A program made the translations under genes and the position numbers. From contig BLSG01000135.1 of NCBI GenBank assembly GCA_012862495.1, positions 1-48,971 on the forward strand: 48,971 bases of DNA, written 5' to 3'. The number at the start of each line of letters is the position of its first letter. Position 1 is the first letter of the stretch. The stretch comes from Thraustochytrium aureum (lineage: Eukaryota). Positions 1 through 12,377 of this stretch are shown here, in pieces. The notes below the pieces were generated by a model. That model made no database searches and had not been told where the DNA came from. It saw only the letters and a program-made list of their open reading frames with translations.

Positions 1-517
1 CTCCACATGCGAACAAACAAGCCGGCCTGCCGGCCTGCGCCAGCGCACTCGGCGGGGCGCGGGCAGCGCTCTCATGCGCAAGGGCGCACTTGGCTCGTGA
101 CAGTTCCACTTTCATCCTTGGCGAACAATAGAACACCATGTGGAGCGCGGCTCGGCGTGCCGCTCGGCGCGCGGACGACGAGGCCGCAGGCGGCCAGTGC
201 TGGCTCCGGTTGCGCTAGCCTGGCTGCGCGCTCGCTTTGGAGAGCGATCGACCGGCGGTTGGGCGGGTAAACGGTCGCTTTCGACGGTGGATAGTTTCAC
301 TGAACGGGGGTCGGCCTGCCAGCAATCCGAGCAAACCAACCAGCCCCCTGGCGGCCCACGCGAGCCCAGCGATAAATCTCCCGCGCGCCCCCTGGCCAGT
401 CGCCTCCTGGCCCGTCGCGGGCGCTGCGGCTCTCGCCGCGGATGCTGGGCGCTGGCCGTGGAGACTCGCAAGCCAGACGGACCAAACGCGGGCGGCCAGC
501 TGCTCGAGCCGAGACCT

Positions 518-685
518 CCATCCATCCACGAGCCATCCATCCATCCATCCATCCATCCAACCAACCATCCACGAGCCATCGATCCACGAGCCAGCCGGCC
601 AGGGCCTGCATGCCAGCGGCTGGGATGGCGGAGCGAGCGTTCTTGCACCGTGGCAGAACCCGCCCCTCGACAGGCCGCGTGGGCG

Positions 686-716
<31 letters not shown>
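518..716. repeat. Microsatellites (CCAT)n at ~518-570 and (GCCT)n at ~685-716, upstream of the ABC transporter
   Basis: Read directly from the sequence. Confidence 0.9.
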
Positions 717-718
<2 letters not shown>

Positions 719-1021
719 GGCGGTGTTGATGCTGAGGCCGTGCGGCGGCAGAGCAAGCAGGCCGTTCAGCCGCCGCCAAGCAGAGCGCGACCAGCTCGAT
801 CGGCCGCTGGCTGGCGGGACGCGGTCGGCGGGCACGGCCGCGACGGTGCTCGGTTTGTTCGCGGCGTGCGCGGGTGCGGGTTGCTCGCAGGTTGTTCCGC
901 CCCTTCGCATTGGGCGCCGATTCCGTACACTCCCAAGGAAGGGTACTCTGCGTACTCTACATCGAGTGACCAGCCAGCCTCCAGCGTCGAACGGCCTCGG
1001 GCGCGCGCGAGGCAGCGCAGG

Positions 1022-4000
1022 ATGGCGCGCTCGGCGCTGTACGAGTTTTCGCTGCTGTGGGTGTTTCCGGGGCCTGGTCCGGGCTGCGGCGCAAGATCGA
1101 GAGCGCCGACCGCGTCCCCGCCCTCCCGGCTGCGCTTCAGGCCGCCCGGCTCGCCCCGAGAGCCAAGGCGCTCTGGGCGGAGGGAGGCGCAGGCAGCGCA
1201 GGCGGCTCGAGCGGCTGGGAGGAAGGCCCATGCCTCCCTGTATCGCGTTGTGCTCAAACTGAGCTGGCCGTACGTGGCAGTCGGCATGGTGATGTCGGTG
1301 GTGCAGGGCCTTGTGACTACCGTGGTGCGCCCGTTGCTCATCCGAGAGCTTGTGGCCGAGCTCGGGAGCGAAGAGGACAACCTGGACCAGCAGCTGTGGC
1401 TGGTATTTTATCTCGCGCTGGCGCTGGTGGGCGAGGGCTGGTCCTCGACGAGCCTCAAGCACGCATTGAGCGACTATCTTGGAACGATTTGGTTTACGGC
1501 CGTGTCCAGCCTGATTCAGTCGCAGGCACTGATGATCCCCCGGGGACCACAACGATGGAAGAAGCCAGCTTGCTTGGCAACGACGTGCTCCGCGCGTACG
1601 AGAATCTGCGTTTTGCGAGCATCTTGCCGATGGCAGTTATCGCCCTGGTGGGCGGCATCGTCGTCCTCCTTGTCGCAATCGGCGAGGCCGGGGCGGTCGG
1701 CCTCGTTCTAATGGTTGCCATTCTGGCTGCGAACGGGAGAATGGCCCGGCAAGCCCAGGTCGCCGAAGAGGCCGACCTCGAAGCGAGCGACGCGCGACTC
1801 TCGCTGATGACGGAGATCATCCACGGCATCAAGGCGATCAAGCTTTCCGCGTTTGAGGATAGCTTCCTGGAGCTTGTGCGGCGCGCGCGCCAGTACGAGA
1901 TGAAGTGTTTGGAGTTGTACCGCACGCTGCACCAGAGCAGCGTGCAGCTCGGCCGCGCTTGCCCGCTCTGTGCGCGGGGATCTCATTCATCTACATGGCC
2001 GCCAGCGGCCAGAAAATCCGGGCGGCGGACCTCTTCGCGGCCCTCAACGTCTTCCTCGCGCTCCGCTTGCCGCTCATCGTGATTCCAGAGTGCGTCACTT
2101 ACGTCGGCGGGTTCATCGTGAGCTTTCGCCGTCTCGAGACCTATCTGCAGCTCGAGCGCGTGGGCAACCCACATGTCCAAGATGAGGCAAGCGGGAAAGG
2201 CGAGGTCGCGCCGTGTTTTCGGCTCAAGGGGTCGTACCGCTGGCACAGCNNNNNNNNNNNNNNNNNNNNNNNNNNNNNNNNNNNNNNNNNNNNNNNNNNN
2301 NNNNNNNNNNNNNNNNNNNNNNNNNNNNNNNNNNNNNNNNNNNNNNNNNNNNNNNNNNNNNNNNNNNNNNNNNNNNNNNNNNNNNNNNNNNNNNNNNNNN
2401 NNNNNNNNNNNNNNNNNNNNNNNNNNNNNNNNNNNNNNNNNNNNNNNNNNNNNNNNNNNNNNNNNNNNNNNNNNNNNNNNNNNNNNNNNNNNNNNNNNNN
2501 NNNNNNNNNNNNNNNNNNNNNNNNNNNNNNNNNNNNNNNNNNNNNNNNNNNNNNNNNNNNNNNNNNNNNNNNNNNNNNNNNNNNNNNNNNNNAACGTCGA
2601 CTTTTCCCTTCCCGCCGGGAAGCGGTGCGCGGTGATCGGCCCAGTGGGGAGCGGCAAGTCTTCGTTCTTAAACGCGTTGGCTGGCGAGCTGCGCGAGGTC
2701 TCTGGCGCCTCAGACGCTACCAACTCTTTTGCAAAAGCGCGCAAAATCGGTTTGGTGCCGCAAGCTGCTTTGTTTGTCTGGCACGATCCGCGACAACATC
2801 ACCCTTGGCGAGGAGCCTGCAAGCAGCGAGACGCCAGGGTCGAGTCCAGAAGCCCAAGCGCAGTTCGCTTCCACCGCTGACCAGCGACTCGCCTCTGCCT
2901 TGCGGCGCTCGGCGCTCGAAGAGGACCTTCGGTTCTTCCCGAAAGGCCTGGACACTGCGGTCGGCGAACGTGGCGTCACGCTGTCCGGAGGGCAGCAGGC
3001 GCGGCTGTCTGTGGCGCGCGCTTTCTTCGCCGCGCCCGACTTGCTTTTGGCCGACGACCCGCTCGCAGCCGTGGACACAGCTGTCGCCGAGCAGCTTGTC
3101 AAGAGCCTGTTCCGCAACGTCGACGAAGGGACTACCTTGGTGGTCGCGCTCAACCAAATCAGGTACTTGGACTGCTTCGACTATGTCATCCAGCTCGAGA
3201 ACGGGCGGGTGGTTCGGCAGAGCGAAGTTACACCGCAAGTTCTCGATGCCATCAAGAGCCAGGAATTTGACCATCGAGCGCAAAGCAGCCAGGTTGCTAG
3301 CCAACCCGGCGGCCCGCAACCACATGCCACGCTGCCCGGCGGCGCGAGCGCGAGCGACTCGGCGCCCGCGGGGTCCTCGTCCCTGCAAAGCGACGACATC
3401 GATGCCAGGTTTGGTAGTGGGCTCTCAGAACTCTCGGCCGTGCCGTCCTTCCCCGAGCCAGCGGGACCAGTCCAGTTTGTCGAGCAGGCAGGCGGACGAG
3501 GGCGGCGCGACAAGGCTCGACGTGGGGGACCAGGTGGAGGGCGCGGCCGACTTTAGCTTGGTCAAGAGCGAGTACCGCAACAAGGGCGTAATCTCCTCCA
3601 AAGTCATCTCGACATACGCCAAAGGCATGGGATACGGCTACATCGCCGCCGGCGTCGTGACGGGGATCATCACCTATGCCATTATGGCCCTGAATGACCT
3701 CTGGCTTGCCTCCTACGTCAAGCGGGAGGACGCCGGCACGGCCAACAGCCTGGTCTTCGCGCTCGTGTACGCAGGCGGGTGCACCGCCTTCCTGGTGTTC
3801 CTCCTCCTGACCAGCATCATCTTTTCGCGCGCGGGGGTCCGAAGCTCCCAGAACTTGCACGATCACTGCATGGACCGCATCCTGCACGCGCCGATCACCT
3901 GGTTTGAGTCTACGCCGAGCGGACGAATCCTGGCGCGCCTGAGCACCGACATTGGCGTCGTCGACCAGGTGCTGAGCCGCTTCACTGACAATCTGTTCCA

Positions 4001-5392
4001 GCTGGCCGCGACGGTTGCCGCTCTAGTTGTTGTGGTGTGCGTGCTGGTGCCCCCAGTCAGCATCGTCATCGCCATCTCGGCCATCGCCTACTCTTTCCAG
4101 GTCGTTGCCGTCGACCGCAGCAATCGCGAGATTAAGCGCGAAGCCAACATGGCGATGAGCCCCATCCAGACGATCCTCAATGAATCCGTCAACGGCCGGC
4201 AGAGCATTCGAGCGTTCAGGGCGGGGCCCGTCTTCGAGGCTCGGTTCCAGCTCGCCTGCGACGCCTGGTGCAGGCAGTCGTTCACCTCGCTGAGCATGGT
4301 CAACATGAGCATGCTGGCTTCTTACGCGTTGAGCTTGTTCATCTCCACCGCGACTGGGCTGTTCATCGTCCTCGGCGAGATGGACCCGGCTGACGCAGGT
4401 CTCGCTCTGACTTACTCCCTCCTCATCCCGTACTTTGCTCTGCACTGCGCGTTCGTGTTCACAATCGTGCAGAGCGCCCTCTCGTCGCTCGAGCGCGTGC
4501 TTGACTTTGTCGGCGAAAGCGTTCCACAAGAGCCGGCATGGCGGCTTCCGACCGACCCGTGCACCAGGGCGCGAATTGACAAGCTGCGGCAGCTCGATGG
4601 CGACTCTGAAGAGCTCCGCGCCCTCGAGGACCGTGCCGTGGACGAGCTCTGGCCCTCGCAGGGGAAATCGAATTCGAAAACGTCACACTCGTTTACCGGG
4701 CCAACCTTCCTCCGGCCATCCAGGATGTTACGTTCAGAATTCGGAGCGGGGAGCGCGTCGCCATTGTGGGGCGCACCGGGGCCGGCAAGTCCTCGGCGCT
4801 CCTCTTGCTGTTCCGAATTATGGAGCCCGCCGCGGGGCGAATCCTGATTGACGGCGTTGACATTAGCACGCTCGGTCTCGTGACGCTGCGAGAAGCCTTC
4901 AGCGTCATTCCTCAGACGCCCTTGTTAATCCGCGGGACGGTGCGAAAGAACCTAAGCCCCTTTGGCGGCCACCAAGACGAGGAGCTCGCTGGCGCACTGA
5001 TCAGCGCCGGGCTCGCGGGCCGCGAGACCGACGCGCGTGCCTTGCTCGACATGGACGTGGGCAGCAACGCGAGCTCTCTGTCGGCTGGGCAGCGGCAGCT
5101 TCTGTCTTTCGCACGTACGTTGCTTCGTCCAGGAGCCATACGTGTATGTGACGAGCCAACCTCCAACGTGGACGAGGCCACCGACGCGGCAGTGCAGCGG
5201 GTCCTGCGGTCGCACGTGGGCACTACCATCGTGATTGCGCACCGCATCAACACGATTATCGACTCTGACCGCCTGATCGTGCTCGACCACGGTCGCCTGG
5301 TCGAGTTCGACACGCCGGACGCGCTCCTTGCGAAGAAGGGGGGCTACTTTGCCAAGATGGCCAAGGCGCACGACGCCGCGGCGGACAAGTAG
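1022..5392 (+). CDS. ABCC/MRP-type full-length ABC transporter (TMD-NBD-TMD-NBD), split by a gap and about 7 homopolymer frameshifts
   Basis: NBD1 has GPVGSGKSS, LSGGQ and LLLADDP. NBD2 has GRTGAGKSS, LSAGQ, VCDEPTS and IAHRINTI. TMD2 has FESTPSGRILARLSTD. Frames rejoin by single-base changes in runs at ~1069, ~1181, ~1536, ~1961, ~2770, ~3452 and ~4665. The start at 1022 (MARSALYEFSLLWVF) is inferred. Confidence 0.92.
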
Positions 5393-5920
5393 ATAAACCA
5401 AAGCTGCTGCAACTCGTGCGATTTCCCGCCCCCTTGTGCTGGTTCGCGTCCGCGGGCCCCCTCATCGCAGAGAACTCGAGGCGCCTGTCTCGCACAAGCA
5501 AGCCACATCCGTCTCATCGAGGACGACCCGAACGCTATCAAGCGCTGCCGCCTCCCAGCCTCGCGTTCGGCGTTCGTGCAGCGCGCGTCGTCCACGCTGG
5601 GGGGGGCAGGCTGCAAGGGGCAGATGCATTGGAACGGGGCCGCTGCGCCACCGCGACAAGGCCGCTGCCTGCAGCATTTCGTGAGCCGAGGCAGTCGCCT
5701 ACCGCGGCGAGGCGCGCCCTGAGGACCTGACGAGGCTCGGCACGCACTGGGGCAGGAACGGCGAGAGGACCATCGGTTTCAAGATCGAGCAGGCGATTGA
5801 ATGCATTGATCCGTTATGCCCGTTCAGGCGTGTCTCGCCACCAGCTCGTGAACGACGAGCGCGCCGCTCGAGAGCAGGCGCCTGCGCGGCTGTGCTTTGG
5901 CAGAGGCTGCGCCTGGCGCA

Positions 5921-7031
5921 ATGGCGACGCATGATGCGCGGCTCCGAGTCGGAGGGCGCGTGCGCGTCGCTGCAAGTCCTGGTGCACCGTACCGCATGGG
6001 AGAGCTAGTCGCTGTCGATGTGGCGAAGGCCACGTGCTCTGTGCGCCTCGGCGGCGAGCGGGAAGGCGCAGAGGAAGTTGTGCCGCTTGACAAGGTACAA
6101 GCTGTCCCGCCCCCGCCGGCGCTGCGGCTGGGCGAGAGGGTCGTGGTCACTACGCTTGAAGAACCGCGGGGCCTGTTTGCAGTGATCACGCGTGCCTGGG
6201 AGGACGGCGCGTTTGACGTCCAATGCCAAAGCGGGGGCAAGCTCGTTCATGTTGCCCCGGGCCAGATTCGCACAGCGGCACCGAGCCAGGCGAGGCCGCC
6301 AAAACCAAAACGCCACCGCCCCCAGCGCATCAAAGGCCGGTAAGAAACTCTGTTCCACAGAGGCGAAAGAAAAGCCAAAGCTCATGACTAAAAGCGCCAC
6401 GCCACGGGCTCAAGCAAACAAGACACTTTCAAGCTTGGCGCTAACAAAGCATACGGCAGTAGTGGCCGCCACGGCCCGGCCGGGAGCGAATGCTGGCGAG
6501 CCCACGCCGGGCGCAGCTCCCGGGGCAGGAGCAAAGCGGCGAGCGTCTCTGGATCAAGGCGCGCGGAGGTCGGAGCTCGCAACGGCCATTCGGCAGTGCG
6601 TAGCCGCCCAGATTGACCAAGGCGGGCTTGACGAGGAGGCGCGAGAATTGGCGAGCGCGCTCGTGCAGCAGCTGATCCAAGGCCTCGCCGGGAGCTCCAA
6701 GGAGCCGCGACTGCAGACTTGCGAAGGGCTCGGCCGCCACCTTGAATCGATGCGCAGCAGGATGGACGTCAAAGTTGCGAGTCTGCGGCGCAACCAGGCA
6801 GACCTCTCTGACGAACGCAACAAGCCAGTGCGTGAGGCGCTTGCGCTGGTTGCGACCGAGTTCCAGGAGAGCCTGACCCGGTACAGGCGCGTAGTGACCG
6901 CGCAGCTTGCCGGGTTTGCACGAACTCTCGAATCGTACCAAGAGTTCACCGCTCGTCCACGAGCGCAACCCCAACCGGCCCGGCGCCGCACGCCTCCCTC
7001 GACGAACGACTCGCCAGCACCGCCCCGCTAG
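5921..7031 (+). CDS. Hypothetical protein with two N-terminal SH3/Tudor-like beta-barrel repeats and a C-terminal helical/coiled-coil region
   Basis: Two similar units (LRVGGRVRV..., LRLGERVVV...). ORFs 5897-6343 and 6192-7031 join if one A is removed from the run at 6307-6310. Confidence 0.55.
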
Positions 7032-7372
7032 TCTTCCCGTCGACCCTGGGGCCGCCTGCAAAAAGGCCAACGGATTGCTTTACGTCCTGCAAGCACCACG
7101 AGTCGGACGGGGCGCACAACGAAGTCCTCCACCAGGTCCTCGAGCAAGTCACACGTGCCAGGGAGGAGGGTGCAGCTCGTTCGCGCGAGCTCTTGGCCAA
7201 GGTCGGCCGCCTCGAGGCGCTGGGCTCGGAGAAAGACGCCCAGATCCAGTCATTGCACTCTACATTGCAGCACCTGGCATCGGCGCTTGCGGGCGCCCGG
7301 TAAGGCCGGACGCATGCATAGCAGTGATATTGCGCGCCAAAATGACTCGTGGCGTGGGCGTGAGACTCGGTT

Positions 7373-7978
7373 TCACCAGCGCGCCTGTTCCGAAAGGGTC
7401 TTGTGATCGATTTCGTCAAAGGCTCGCGACTTGACTTGCCTGTAGAGGGTTTCAACAAGGTCTGCGCGAGGCGCGGGCACCAGACTGTTTTGGCGCACGT
7501 TGTGTCAGCGGGTGCACGCTTTCGAGGCGACAAGCGACCTCGCGGCCCCAGAGCGCTGGGGTTGACTCACCGCAACTCTCCCAGGAGCCGGCCAGCAACC
7601 AGAGCGCGTGAAAAGCCCTCAACCAATCCGGCGTCGAACGCGTCCTCGGTGCGTTGCGACTCGCTCAAGTAAGTCTCCTCAATGCCTCGTTCGTACCCGA
7701 TCTGCGACACTCCGCTCATCAGCGAGGAGCGACGAACAAGCGCCGAGCCCTCCGCGACCCGCCCGCGACCCGCCCGCACTTACATTCGCAAGCTTGGTTT
7801 CCAGCGCGCGCATTTCCTGTTGTTGGAGTTGGCACGCGGCGGCGCGCAACGCCGTACCGTCCGCGTCGCCGCTGTGCGCGCTATCGCCGTCGCCCCAGGG
7901 GTCGCAGTCCTCGTCGCTCGCCGTGCGCCCGTCGGCAGCAGTCTCGAGCAGCTGCGCGTCCTCGCCCATAGCCTCCAT
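7373..7978 (-). CDS. YAE1: YAE1-like protein (Yae1_N domain), spliced
   Basis: Exon 7978-7784, intron 7783-7702 (GTAAGT...CAG), exon 7701-7571, intron 7570-7440 (GTGAGT...CAG). Splicing gives ETKLAN/IGYERGIEETYLSESQRTEDAFDAGLVEGFSRALVAGRLLG, resembling the GYxxGI...FDxG..xG Yae1/Lto1 repeat motif. The 3' end is uncertain. Confidence 0.65.
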
Positions 7979-8002
7979 CCTGGCCTCGGTCGGGACGTCG
8001 CA

Positions 8003-8165
8003 CAGCCAGGAGCACGGACCGCAGACCGCCTAGGCGCCGTCAGCCAGGAATCGCGAGCCGGACAGCCTCTAGAGGCGACAGCCAGGAGCACGGACCAGCC
8101 TAGGCGACAGCCAGGAGCACGGACCGCAGACACCAGAGCGCCGTCAGCCAGGAATCGCAACCACG
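8003..8165. repeat. Degenerate minisatellite, core CAGCCAGGA x5 (8003, 8041, 8079, 8108, 8145)
   Basis: Two variants, CAGCCAGGAGCACGGACC (x3) and GTCAGCCAGGAATCGC (x2), with 29-38 bp spacing. Confidence 0.8.
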
Positions 8166-8245
8166 GACTGCAGCAACAACACAACACCACTCGCCACTTG
8201 CTCGGTCAATGCTGAGACTTCCATGATGCCCCCTGGGGCAGCAGT

Positions 8246-9117
8246 GTGAGAATCAGTTCACAACCCGGACCTCTGGCTTGGCAAAAGCGGTTGGAGCAGA
8301 ATGTCACGCCCGGGTTTCACCGGCCCGCTCCTCACGTGATGCTCGTCAAGCGCGCCAACAGTCTGTCGAGCAAGAGCGGCAGCGAGAAGGAGCAGGTCTT
8401 TGTGCCACTGCGCTGTGCGGCAAATCTCTCTAGATCGCAGATGTGGCAGGGTCGAGTGCGTGCAGGAAGCAATCGGCCAGTTCAGCCAAGTGAATGGAGT
8501 GCAGTACGACATTACGCTCATCGCCAAGTCAGGCGGCGGAACGGTGCGTAAAGCCTTGGCACCGCGGCCAGGAACTCGATCGTGATCGGCAAGCTGGACT
8601 TTTTCGAGTTGGCCGAGGGCTGGTTCCCAAAACCAAGTTTTCCGCAGGATACGACCGTGCTGCCAACGTGGCGATCGATCCTGCTTTACGCAAGCCCCAT
8701 GCAAAGGGAATGGCTGAGCAATTGGAGGTCGGTGGCCGTGTCCTGCTCATTGCCTTCGAGTTCGACCAGTCGAAATTGAGCGACCCGCCGTTTTCACTCT
8801 CTGAAGTGGAGGTTCAGGTGCTTTACGCGCCGTACTTTGACATCAGCATTCTGAAAACACGCTCCATCCGCGACGACTCTTGGCGCAAGCTTGGCGTCGA
8901 GAGCCTCGAAGAGACAGTCTACCTGCTCACGAGCGGCGGATCGGTGAGCAAATTCAAAAATAGCGCGTTTGGTTTTTCCATTTCTCTCCCGTGCTTCCCC
9001 AGCAATGTCCCCAATGACTCCCCATGCCCAAGTCCCAGGCTTTTCAGTCCCATGCCAATCGCCCGCCAGCGCCAGGACGAAGGCCAACCGGCCAGAACGA
9101 ACTTGCTCATCATGTAA
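8246..9117 (+). pseudogene. TPMT: Thiopurine S-methyltransferase (TPMT)-family gene, probably a pseudogene
   Basis: Motifs spread across frames: WQKR..GFH, VFVPL/LCGKSL, VECVQEAI, DFFEL, YDRAANVAI, LLIAFEFDQSKLSDPPFSL. There is an in-frame TAG at 8431 after LCGKSL, loss of ~7 residues of the SAM-binding segment, and no in-frame ATG. Confidence 0.7.
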
Positions 9118-9297
9118 CTTTGAGACCTCGCGTCACAGGCGGCCCAATTGGCCCAGTCGCTCTTGTGGGATAATTGGAGGTTGCGCGTCCTCGTTGCATG
9201 CCGGCAGCGTGCCAACTCTAGAGCAAGGCCATTGAGCGCTTGAAGTTTGCGCAACCGATACGAGCCAGCCCGAGTGAAACGGACGAGGCTTGCTCAC

Positions 9298-11813
9298 TCA
9301 TCGCGGGCTCTCCTCGGGCAGCTGGGTGCTCAGCGTGAGCGACACGACGCCTTGGCCAAGCGCGACTGTCTTGCGCTGCCCCACCAACGCAAATGTGCGC
9401 TTGTAGGTAGCTGTGGCGCGCGCCCAAACGGCATCTGCTTCGTCGTCAAAGTTCGGGTTGCAGAGCTTGTACTCCATGACCACCGTGACGTCAACGCGCG
9501 GGCCGGGGTCGAGCGCCCCGAACTCTCCTCGAGCAGCAGCAAAGCCACTCACCATGTCGCTGAGCTCAAGCTCTCCCTGAAACGGCTCTGAAGCTCGGCG
9601 ACGATGCCGCCTGTTGCTGAGCGCAAGCCGCTTGGGGTTGAAAACTGACCCGCGGGGCGCGCTGGAAACGTCGCTGCCTTCGGCTAGGCCCGGCTCGCCA
9701 GCAGGGAGCGGCAGGTCCGAGAATGGCGCCTCAAAGGCGCTCAGGGCCGACGCACTCCATGAGAAGTCCCCGTCTGATGACGTCTTGCGATGAATCGACT
9801 TGCGACCGCTGCCGAAAAGCATAGCGGGGGGCGAGGTTGGCGTCCTTGAGCGTGGCGAGTTGCTTGGGGAAGGACCTGGAGACGCCCCCGAGCCTGTTGA
9901 AGAGATGGAGAGCTCCGGCGAGAGCCGCGGGACTTGCAAAGCTTTAGATGCAGGAGCCTCGAGCTCGTAGACTCTGATCTTGAGGGGGTGAACCGAGGCA
10001 GAGTCTGAGGCCACGATGGCAAAGTTGTGGTTGCCACAGAGCACGGTAACCGCGTCCAAAGTATTGCCCCCGGACTGGGTCCGGTTGCATGAAAGCAAGA
10101 CCTGGTGACTGAGCTCCAGTGCCTCCGCCTCGTTCAAATAGACGTCTCTCGAGTGGGACTGGATTTCGCGAGCAAGTGCGCAGACGATATTGCATATCCC
10201 TGGTCCTGCAAACTCACCGCTCGAGCTGTTTGTATTTTGATCGCCAACCGCGCCGTGGTAGAGCGTGCCATTGATGAGGACTGTGTCGCGCTGCATGTCT
10301 TTGAACATTTGCCCCATCCCGTTGTCCTCCGTGCTGCCGCCCCGAGGCAGGTTAAGCGCCTCGTGGACCCACTCGAGCGGCACGTCGATCTTTTTGAACC
10401 CATAGCAAGTTCTCCAGCCTAAAGTTGGCGACCGCGCGACCGGCGAACGCACGCCTGAGTGGTCGTTGCTCTGGCGCACAGTCAGTTTGCGCAAGTCGGA
10501 GTCCTCACGTTCCCATGACTTGGTCTCTATTCTTGTCCCGTACTCGGCGAATAGCGAATCCGCGCTGGACTCCTCGCCATGCACAGGGGCCCAAAGAGAC
10601 GGTTCGGTGCCTGCCCGTTTAAATGCTGGGGCCTCGCTTTTCTGCGGGGGCGCTTCGGACGGGGTCGGCCGCAGTTGGTGGCGCACGCTGAGCTCTGCGA
10701 GCCCAAACATTTCGCCGAGTGACTCCAAGTACTCGTTCTCAGTCTCAGCGTGGTAAACACGGCGTTGGAGCTCGCCGAGTTTGTCCAAGTTTGGCGAGCT
10801 GGACCGGCTCGACGACGAGAACGAACTATGCGCCGAGCCGGCTCCAAGCTGTGCGGCATCCTCGATAACCTTCATCCAGCGCAGGCGCTCTTCAGCAGAG
10901 CCAGCCGACCAGACGCGCGCCGCGCCGCGGGGCTCTGGCGCCTCGTGCGCGCCCTCGCTTCCCATGTTGTTGCGCGACGAGCCGGGGGAGATGCAGTCCG
11001 CACTTGATGCAGGGCCTCCGAGCCCGACGATCTCAAAGGTGTACTTGCCAGCCTTTTTGTTGATTGGGCGGCATCTCGTGCCTGGAGGGAGGCGCACGGT
11101 TTTGAGCCCGTGTCGCGCTTGTCTCGGCGGTCCTTGGAAAATAGCAGCAGAGGCGAGGCGGTGCTCTCAACTTGGCCCGAGGCAGTGCTCGTGCTGTTGT
11201 GCGGCGCGCCGTTGCTCCCTTGCTGGTGAAGCCCCCCGCCGCTGCCAAAGTGGAAATCTCCAGTTGATGGTGGCACAAAGGACATGAGCCCGGGCGAAAC
11301 GACCACAAACTTGGTTTTGGGGTGGTGGTGGCCGCTGCACTTTTTCAAAATGCCGTGCATGAGCGCCTCGTCGCTGGTCGGCAGCCCAGGGAACTTGAGA
11401 CGCACGCTATCGAGGACGTGGGACTCGAACGCCAGCTTGGACTTCATCAGGTCAAACGCGGCCCGCAGAAAGAATGACTGATTGGAGTTTGCTTCCTTGG
11501 CGGCCAGCTCTGCGCGCCGCAGCTGATCGAGCTCCTTTGTTGCGCAGCTCGCGCTCTGCGATTCGCACAAGGGGGCCTCCATGCTTGCCACAGCCGGCTG
11601 CTCGAGCGAGGCAAGGCCGCACTTCTGGCCCTCTGCGCCTCTAGATGGTTCGTGGCTCGTCGCTGTGGGCTTGGTGCGCCCGAGTCTAAGGCTAAGCACC
11701 GCAGCGCGATGGCGCTGCACCTCGGCGGTAAGCTCCCGTGTCAGCACCTCGAGCTCTGCGTGAATTTGCACATCCTGCGCGCCAAGGCCCTCCCCCTTGC
11801 CCTCGTGCGGCAT
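9298..11813 (-). CDS. PH-domain protein with an N-terminal coiled coil and an uncharacterised C-terminal domain
   Basis: MHGILKK...KTKFVVVSPGLMSF and VWSAGSAEERLRWMKVIEDA form a loop-interrupted PH fold. ORFs 10872-12053 and 9298-11097 join by adding one A in the run at ~11100 (DTGSK/TVRLPPG). Confidence 0.75.
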
Positions 11814-12198
11814 CCTCTCACCTGGCCGCAAACCAGCGTCGGCCGCAAACCAGCGCAGCAACGCCGGGGCCCAAGGAAAGGGAAAAAAGGGAGGGAGGAA
11901 GGAAACCGGCACGCAGGTCGCTCGCAGCAAGGAGGCGCGGCGGCGCAGCGCGTCCCGCTCGCAAAAGAGCGAAGGAGCGCGACGCAGCCTCCACCGGAAG
12001 CGGGCGTGTGCCCGGCCGGCGCCTGGCTTCGCGCAGGTCGTTCGTTCGATCACTGATCACTTCGTGCCGCGTTTGTCTGCGGCGGTGGCGCCTGGACGGG
12101 CGTGATGTGCCAAACGGCAACTCGGGCTGCCCTTGAAAACTGAAATCCAGTATTTAAATTCAATGGTTACCTGTTGTTATTCCGTGATTTTCAATACA

Positions 12199-12250
12199 AG
12201 TCAAGAGATCCGTAGTCAAGAGATCTGATCTTCAAGAGTAGTCAAGAGAT
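12199..12250. repeat. Short direct repeats (AGTCAAGAGAT x3 plus a partial copy) upstream of tRNA-Ala
   Basis: Copies at ~12199, 12214 and 12240. Confidence 0.7.
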
Positions 12251-12296
12251 GCGGGGCTATTGTAGGACATGGACCACATTGTCGCTGACGCTTGGT

Positions 12297-12368
12297 GGGG
12301 GTATGGCGTAGTGGTAACGCGTCTGATTTGCATTCAGAAGGTCATCGGTTCGATCCCGGTTATCTCCA
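12297..12368 (+). tRNA. tRNA-Ala (anticodon TGC)
   Basis: Full cloverleaf: acceptor GGGGGTA/TATCTCC with the G3:U70 Ala identity pair, anticodon arm TCTGA-TT TGC AT-TCAGA, T loop GGTTCGATCCC, discriminator A, no CCA. Confidence 0.95.
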
Positions 12369-12369
12369 C

Positions 12370-12377
12370 TTTTTTTT
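12370..12377 (+). terminator. RNA polymerase III oligo-T terminator of tRNA-Ala
   Basis: T8 run 1 nt after the discriminator base. Confidence 0.85.

Noticed and set aside
7..1020. Long ORFs over the first kilobase and the many antisense or overlapping ORFs in the track
   Set aside because: They translate as Arg/Ala/Pro-rich sequence from GC-rich DNA, microsatellites or gene shadows, with no motifs.
1022..5392. Programmed ribosomal frameshifting, RNA editing or pseudogenisation of the ABC transporter and other genes
   Set aside because: There is no shared slippery motif, shifts go both ways, all lie in homopolymers, and there are no nonsense codons or motif decay. Sequencing error is simpler.
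7028..7260. Extra YAE1 exon ending at a CTAG shared with the stop of the opposing gene
   Set aside because: A protein-like minus frame does end there, but I could not find a phase-compatible splice path into it.
8003..8165. CRISPR-like spacing of CAGCCAGGA cores
   Set aside because: The intervening sequences are related to one another and irregular, so this is a degenerate minisatellite.
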